In this document: positions 42,782-47,327 of the stretch, piece by piece
Layout: each line of letters starts with the position of its first letter
Position numbering within the stretch: position 1 is the stretch's first letter
DNA from: an uncultured Candidatus Saccharibacteria bacterium
Lineage (GTDB): Bacteria; Patescibacteriota; Minisyncoccia; Phycocordibacterales; UBA9973
Reading direction: 5' to 3'
Assembly: GCA_964404925.1 (NCBI GenBank)
Contig: CAYOLW010000001.1
Location: 222,665 to 269,991 of the forward strand
Length of the DNA stretch: 47,327 bases
Notes under the pieces: generated by a model
Seen by the model: only the letters and a program-made list of their open reading frames with translations
Told to the model about the DNA's origin: nothing
Databases searched by the model: none
Position numbers and translations under genes: made by a program

Positions 42782-42843
42782 CTCAGCGGTAGAGCGGTCG
42801 CCTGTTAAGCGATTGGTCGTAGGTTCGATCCCTACCTCCCGAG
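42772..42843 (+). tRNA. tRNA-Asn (GUU), no encoded CCA
   Basis: The sequence is UCGGGAGUAGCUCAGCGGUAGAGCGGUCGCCUGUUAAGCGAUUGGUCGUAGGUUCGAUCCCUACCUCCCGAG. The anticodon loop is CUGUUAA. Confidence 0.9.
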
Positions 42844-42930
42844 CCCTTAAAATCACTTTGTAAATCAAGGTGATTTTTTGATACCCCTGTAGGGATTAGA
42901 ACTTTTTTGTAAAAATGTTAAGATAAAATT
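42841..42930 (+). repeat. Direct repeat copy 1: tRNA-Asn 3' tip, terminator hairpin and leaderless promoter
   Basis: 42841-42894 is identical to 45370-45423 (54/54), and similarity continues to the ATG. It contains the hairpin AATCAC-N15-GTGATT followed by T6, and TGtTAAGAT 6 nt before the ATG at 42931. Confidence 0.85.
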
Positions 42931-43380
42931 ATGGAAGATTTTCTCAAACAAGCAATAGAATTATCTAAAAAATCTGTGGAGCAAGGTGGTTTTCCTGTTG
43001 GTGCAATTATTGTTAAAGATGGGGTTGTCATTGCAGAAGGATTAAGTAATGGGAAAAATAATAAAGATGCCACTAGTCACGCTGAGATTGAAGCAATTAG
43101 AAATGCTTCTCAAAAATTAAATACTCGTGATTTATTTGATTGTGAAATATACTCTTCAATGGAACCTTGCCTGATGTGTTTTTCAGCATCATATTGGGCA
43201 AAAATAAAGAAGATTGTCTATGCTGTAGGGAAAGATAAACTTTCAAAACAGCACTACGAGGGGCTTCATTCTTTAGAAGAAATAAACTTAAAAAATAACA
43301 GAAAGATTGAAATTGTTCATATTAAAGAATTAGAGAATATTGCACTTTCGATTATAAAAGATTGGGAAAGTAAGATTTAG
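42931..43380 (+). CDS. CMP/dCMP-type zinc deaminase (TadA/guanine-deaminase-like)
   Basis: It has HAEIEAIRNA and SMEPCLMCFSA (the H-A-E ... P-C-x-x-C zinc motif). Confidence 0.8.
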   Translation: MEDFLKQAIELSKKSVEQGGFPVGAIIVKDGVVIAEGLSNGKNNKDATSHAEIEAIRNASQKLNTRDLFDCEIYSSMEPCLMCFSASYWAKIKKIVYAVGKDKLSKQHYEGLHSLEEINLKNNRKIEIVHIKELENIALSIIKDWESKI

Positions 43381-43531
43381 ACACAAATTGAAGTTTTAAA
43401 GAGGCTGGGATAGGTATGTGAGAAGGCATCATACTTTTGCATATAGGTTTTCCATTCGTAAGAAATTAGGTTTTCTATGGTGGATTTGAATAATTTGTTA
43501 GTTCTATAATCGGTCTGCTTTGGGAGCCAGC

Positions 43532-43603
43532 AAAAAACACTTTATAAATAAGGTGTTTTTTCTTACCTAGATAGATAGTTCGAACCTATGATATACTTTT
43601 TCT
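43532..43603 (+). repeat. Diverged third copy of the terminator-plus-promoter module
   Basis: AAAAACACTTTATAAATAAGGTGTTTTTT compares with AAAATCACTTTGTAAATCAAGGTGATTTTTT. It is preceded by GGGAGCC (compare CCGAGCC and CGGAGCC) and followed by TGaTATACT 6 nt before the ATG at 43604. Confidence 0.5.
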
Positions 43604-43927
43604 ATGCCAATGATAAACATAAAATATGACAGTGATAAGGTGAAAGATGAAGAAATTGTTCTTTTGTCAAAAGCTGTTCAAAAAATAGTTCAAGAAGCAA
43701 CAAAGATACCTGAAGTATTTGTATATGCAGACAGTCCTAAAATAAGAATTGATGTTGCTCCTATAGAGATTTTTGTTGAAATGAGTGCTAGTAAGGTAAC
43801 TGACAAGGAGAAACTTTTTCAAGAAATAAAGACACAATTATCAGAATGGAAAAAGGTAAGCAGTTTTAATAATCCTATAACTATTACTCTCACTCCAATA
43901 GACTGGATTTTCGAGGTTAATATATAA
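43604..43927 (+). CDS. Small hypothetical protein, possibly tautomerase-superfamily (N-terminal Met-Pro)
   Basis: It starts MPMINIKY..., and its size and beta-alpha-beta-like pattern fit that family. The assignment is weak. Confidence 0.3.
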   Translation: MPMINIKYDSDKVKDEEIVLLSKAVQKIVQEATKIPEVFVYADSPKIRIDVAPIEIFVEMSASKVTDKEKLFQEIKTQLSEWKKVSSFNNPITITLTPIDWIFEVNI

Positions 43928-43930
43928 ATT

Positions 43931-44542
43931 ATGAAGAAACAGATATTTTTAATTCACGGAGGAATGACTTTCAAGAACGAAAAGGATTATTTATATTTCT
44001 TAAAGAATAGAAATGTTTCAATAAAGAAAAGGGAGAGATGGCAGGATGCGTATTTAGAAAAAGAATTAGGTAAAACTTTTGAAATAATACGACCTCGTAT
44101 GCCATTACAAGATAATGCGAAGTATAGAGATTGGAAAATATGGTTTGAAAGATACATACCTTATCTAAGAGATAATGTAATTTTAATTGGTAGTTCATTG
44201 GGAGGTATATTCCTAGCTCAATACTTGTCTGAAAACAAGTTTCCAAAGAAGATACTATCTACATATTTGGTTTGTCCTCCGTATGATAATACTTGTATTG
44301 GGGAAGATTTAGTGGGTGGTTTTAAACTAAAACCAGATATTTCTTTGTTAGAGAAAAGTTCTAAAAACCTATACCTATTGTTCTCAAAAGACGATGACTG
44401 TGTCCCCGTTGACCACGCAGAAAAATATAGAAAGAAATTAAAAAGTCCGAACATTACTATCTATAAAAGTAAAAATGGACATTTTAATATATCCAAGTTT
44501 CCAGAGATAGTTAAGATGATTAAAAAAGACATTAAGAAATAA
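43931..44542 (+). CDS. Alpha/beta serine hydrolase, YdeN/RBBP9-like
   Basis: It has IFLIHGG..., the nucleophile elbow GSSLGG, and late D and H residues (KDDDCVP, NGHF). Confidence 0.6.
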   Translation: MKKQIFLIHGGMTFKNEKDYLYFLKNRNVSIKKRERWQDAYLEKELGKTFEIIRPRMPLQDNAKYRDWKIWFERYIPYLRDNVILIGSSLGGIFLAQYLSENKFPKKILSTYLVCPPYDNTCIGEDLVGGFKLKPDISLLEKSSKNLYLLFSKDDDCVPVDHAEKYRKKLKSPNITIYKSKNGHFNISKFPEIVKMIKKDIKK

Positions 44543-44550
44543 TATAAATT

Positions 44551-45339
44551 ATGGAAAAACTAGAATTAAAAAATAGAAAAGGTCAAAAGATAGTAGGTGT
44601 TTTAGAAAAACCTGATGGGGTTGTCAAAGGAACTTGTGTTATTGTTCACGGATATAGTGGATACAAAGAACAGGTTCATATGCAATATATTAAGAATGCT
44701 TTCTTGGATAACGGTTTCGTTACTTTTAATTTTGACACTACGAACACTTTTGGTGAAAGTGATGGAAAGTTTGAAGACGCTAGATTAGGTCTTCATTATG
44801 AAGATTTAGAAGATGTTACTAAATGGGTTCAACAACAAGATTGGTTTCAAAAACCACTAGCTTTGGTTGGTCATTCAATGGGAGGATATGCAGTTGCTAG
44901 GTATGCTGAAGATTATCCAAAAGAAGTTGATTTGTGTGCACCTATTGCCCCAGTAGTATCTGGAAAATTGTCGTTTGAAGGAAAGGATCAAGAAAAACTA
45001 AAGAAATGGAAAGAAACAGGATGGAGTATCAGAGAAAGTGTTGATGACAGAACAGGAGAAATTATAGTAAAAAGAAGCCCTTGGGGTGTTATGGAGGAAA
45101 GATTGGATCACGATTTATTACCTAATGCTAATAAACTAACAATGCCAATGTTTCTGTATATTGGAACCGAAGATACTTCTATTCTACCTGAGCATTTAGA
45201 AATACTTTATAAAGCTATTCCTGAAGGGAACAAAAAGATGGTATTGGCTGAAGGTGCACCTCATACATATAAAACAAAGGAAGATAACGAACATCTTTAT
45301 AATCATCTTTCTGAATGGATAAAATCAGTTTTGGCTTAA
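44551..45339 (+). CDS. Alpha/beta hydrolase
   Basis: It has VIVHGYSG, the nucleophile elbow GHSMGG, and late GTEDTS and APHTY. Confidence 0.7.
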   Translation: MEKLELKNRKGQKIVGVLEKPDGVVKGTCVIVHGYSGYKEQVHMQYIKNAFLDNGFVTFNFDTTNTFGESDGKFEDARLGLHYEDLEDVTKWVQQQDWFQKPLALVGHSMGGYAVARYAEDYPKEVDLCAPIAPVVSGKLSFEGKDQEKLKKWKETGWSIRESVDDRTGEIIVKRSPWGVMEERLDHDLLPNANKLTMPMFLYIGTEDTSILPEHLEILYKAIPEGNKKMVLAEGAPHTYKTKEDNEHLYNHLSEWIKSVLA

Positions 45340-45369
45340 GACAGTTCGTCGAACATCGTCCCAAGTTCG

Positions 45370-45458
45370 GAGCCCTTAAAATCACTTTGTAAATCAAGGT
45401 GATTTTTTGATACCCCTGTAGGGTTCAGAACTTTTTTAAAAAATGTTAATATTAGTTT
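45370..45458 (+). repeat. Direct repeat copy 2 (terminator plus leaderless promoter)
   Basis: See 42841..42930. It is preceded by a weak tRNA-3'-end-like stretch, AGTTCGTCGAACATCGTCCCAAGTTCGGAGCCC. TGtTAATAT lies 6 nt before the ATG at 45459. Confidence 0.85.
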
Positions 45459-45722
45459 ATGGATGGCTTAGAACAGATTAAAAAAGATATTCAAGAAATA
45501 AAGGAGAGAAACATAAGAGTTGAGAAAGATAAAGCTTGGGAAACAAGTTTTTTTAGAAAAACACTTATAGCTATTTTAACCTATATTGTTGTTGTATTGT
45601 TTTTTACTTTTGCTCGTTTATCAAATCCTTTTATAAATGCTATTGTGCCGACCTTAGGTTTTTTGCTTTCAACTTTTTCAATTTCTTTTATCAAAAATAT
45701 TTGGATTAAGAATAAAAAATAA
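45459..45722 (+). CDS. Small two-TM membrane protein
   Basis: It has a charged N-terminus followed by two hydrophobic helices. I recognise no motif. Confidence 0.45.
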   Translation: MDGLEQIKKDIQEIKERNIRVEKDKAWETSFFRKTLIAILTYIVVVLFFTFARLSNPFINAIVPTLGFLLSTFSISFIKNIWIKNKK

Positions 45723-45724
45723 TT

Positions 45725-46357
45725 ATGAAACTAATCCTAGCATCTGATTACACTTTTCTTATTAAATATGGTTATAACCTAACTGGTATTCCAAAAGACC
45801 AAATGAAAATTGGGTATATTAATACTGCAATACAAGTAGAGAGTGATAAAGATAAAGATTTTATGAATAGAGCAAAAAATACTATTAAAGAAAATGGATA
45901 TTATTTTGATGAAATAAATATTGATGGCAAAAGTGAAAAGGAATTAAAAGACTTTTTTAAAGATAAAAATATAATTCATATTGATGGTGGTAATACTTTC
46001 TATTTATTAAAAGCCATAAGAGAAACTGGCTTCGCTGATATTCTTAAAGAATTACTAGATGAGGGTAGAGTTTATATTGGCACAAGTGCTGGGGCTTATG
46101 TTGTGTGTCCAACAATTGAAGTCTCTGCTTGGAACCCAGATAATAAAAGATTTGGGTTAGATGATTTTACTGCTCTAAACTATGTTCCTTTTGTCTTAAG
46201 AGTGCATTACAAAGAAAAATATGAAGAATTAGTAAAAGAAAATCTTAAAACATTAAAATATCCATTACATATTTTACGAGATGGACAAGGTATGTTTTGT
46301 GAAAATGGAACTTGTAGATTTATTGGAGATGAAGAAGAAGTAAAAATAGAGTTTTAG
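45725..46357 (+). CDS. Peptidase S51 (dipeptidase E-like)
   Basis: It has IHIDGGNTFYLLKAIRETGF and IGTSAGAYVVCP, the S51 Ser-nucleophile context. Confidence 0.7.
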   Translation: MKLILASDYTFLIKYGYNLTGIPKDQMKIGYINTAIQVESDKDKDFMNRAKNTIKENGYYFDEINIDGKSEKELKDFFKDKNIIHIDGGNTFYLLKAIRETGFADILKELLDEGRVYIGTSAGAYVVCPTIEVSAWNPDNKRFGLDDFTALNYVPFVLRVHYKEKYEELVKENLKTLKYPLHILRDGQGMFCENGTCRFIGDEEEVKIEF

Positions 46358-46654
46358 TTCTGAAGTGCCATCGCTGGAATTAGTTCAAAAATCTTAGAAA
46401 ACTCAATATCTCTTTTAATCTGAACCCAATTGAGAGTTCTGAACGCGTCTACTAGAGGGAGCCATTGTAAAGAAAAGTAAAGTATTATTTTTTGCCGTTC
46501 CATTCGTCTAAGAATTGGTGAACATATTTCTTCATAAAGATATTTCTTTCATTTGCAATCTTTTTAGCTGTTTTTTCGTTTAAGCTTGGTTGTCTTTTTT
46601 TTTATTCAATATATACTTAACATAGGAATTATTTATAATATCAAGAAAAAATAA

Positions 46655-47327
46655 ATGTTTAATAATAAATTAAAGAAATGTATTAGTTTATGCTTTGCGG
46701 TTTTTGTATTTTCCTTTTATGTTTTTCCTGTTTTAGCTTTGGCTGCTATATCAGATGGTATGAACGCAACAGCTGTTCTTGGGCAAACTGATTATGTTAC
46801 CTCAACATCTGGTTCAAGCGCAACAAAATTTAATACACCTCATGCAGTAGAAATTGACACTGTGAACCATCGCATGTTTATCAGTGACACCGCTAATCAT
46901 CGAGTTTTGATGTTTAATTTGAATAGTAGTAATGTGCTTGCTGATACTACAGCAGACAAAGTTTTGGGTCAAGCAGATTTTACATCAAATAGTTTTGCCA
47001 CAACTGCAACAGGTATGAAATCACCCAATGGTTTGGCATACGACTCTGTTAATAATATGTTGTATGTCGCTGAAGGAGGTAATCACCGTATTTTAGTCTA
47101 CGATGTGGCAAGCATCACTGATGGTGAAGCCGCTGTCCATGTATTAGGACAGGCTGATTTTGTTTCTGGTAGTTATGCTACCACTGCCACCGGGTTACGA
47201 TCTCCTTCAGGTTTAGGTATTGATTTGGCTAATCAAAGATTATTCGTTGCTGATTACAATAATCTTCGTGTTTTAGTCTACGATGTGGCAAGCATCACTG
47301 ATGGTGAAGCCGCTGTCCATGTATTAG
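46655..47327 (+). CDS. NHL-repeat secreted protein (3' end outside the window)
   Basis: It is not in the ORF track because it has no stop. ATG at 46655 opens MFNNKLKKCISLCFAVFVFSFYVFPVLALA (signal peptide), followed by repeated ...P.G...D..N.R.F..D..NHRVL.Y units. The frame is open to the last base. Confidence 0.75.
   Translation, partial: MFNNKLKKCISLCFAVFVFSFYVFPVLALAAISDGMNATAVLGQTDYVTSTSGSSATKFNTPHAVEIDTVNHRMFISDTANHRVLMFNLNSSNVLADTTADKVLGQADFTSNSFATTATGMKSPNGLAYDSVNNMLYVAEGGNHRILVYDVASITDGEAAVHVLGQADFVSGSYATTATGLRSPSGLGIDLANQRLFVADYNNLRVLVYDVASITDGEAAVHVL
47091..47147 (+). repeat. 57-nt perfect direct repeat, copy 1 (copy 2 is 47271-47327, ending at the window end)
   Basis: TTTTAGTCTACGATGTGGCAAGCATCACTGATGGTGAAGCCGCTGTCCATGTATTAG occurs twice, 180 nt apart, inside the NHL-repeat gene. 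Confidence 0.9.

Noticed and set aside
42611-42868. The minus-strand ORF 42611..42868 and its look-alike 45215..45397 both start MIYKVILRA.
   Set aside because: The shared N-terminus is simply the ~90-nt direct repeat read backwards. The first ORF runs antisense through tRNA-Asn and the GIY-YIG gene.
43381-43530. An open minus-strand reading (…PKQTDYRTNKLFKSTIENLISYEWKTYMQKYDAFSHTYPSLFKTSICV) and a similar short fragment at 46470-46600 (-).
   Set aside because: Both are under 60 aa, have no start codon or recognisable motif, and are possibly gene remnants. The evidence is insufficient to call them.
1-47327. A CRISPR array was looked for.
   Set aside because: All tandem repeats found (1-330, 2135-2230, 24733-24873, 47091-47327) are in-frame coding repeats without unique spacers. 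No cas genes are present.

Overview
This 47.3-kb window is AT-rich and gene-dense. Both ends fall inside coding tandem repeats, so it is probably a complete metagenomic contig. The backbone is housekeeping: rpsP-KH-trmD, rpoB-rpoC-dnaG-rpoD, tsf-rpsB, proS-mreB-mreC-tgt, a speA-like decarboxylase, mltG, four tRNAs without encoded CCA, and RNase P RNA. Short versions of the core genes, giant LPNT-anchored surface proteins and many apparently leaderless genes suggest a Patescibacteria/CPR-like, Gram-positive-type organism; this is inference only.

The main observations, all read directly from the sequence:
1. An 81-91-nt GC-rich stem-loop element is inserted in frame in two unrelated essential genes, trmD and tgt. 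Its 19+16-nt core is the same in both but is read in different frames. The 18-bp flanking stems differ in sequence but are self-complementary in each copy.
2. Two blocks (28.8-30.7 kb and 34.0-38.8 kb) differ in composition and codon usage from the backbone. They encode Bacteroidota-style secreted proteins with SprB-type repeats, a PKD domain and a T9SS-type C-terminal sorting domain. They bracket the native rnpB and a Clp-like ATPase.
3. A GIY-YIG cassette sits between a duplicated, hairpin-disrupted 5' half of tRNA-Asn and the intact tRNA-Asn. Downstream lies a 2.5-kb accessory block bounded by ~90-nt terminator-plus-promoter repeats that start at the tRNA 3' end.
4. A C39-like peptidase gene is inserted at the trmD 3' end, with a diverged duplicate of the trmD C-terminus beyond it.
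5. There is a small GC-rich hairpin family (UCCGCC-loop-GGCGGA).
6. A -10 box lies exactly 6 nt upstream of the ATG at a dozen genes.
7. A cardiolipin-synthase/PLD gene is broken by two frameshifts.

No CRISPR array, integrase, transposase or rRNA was seen.
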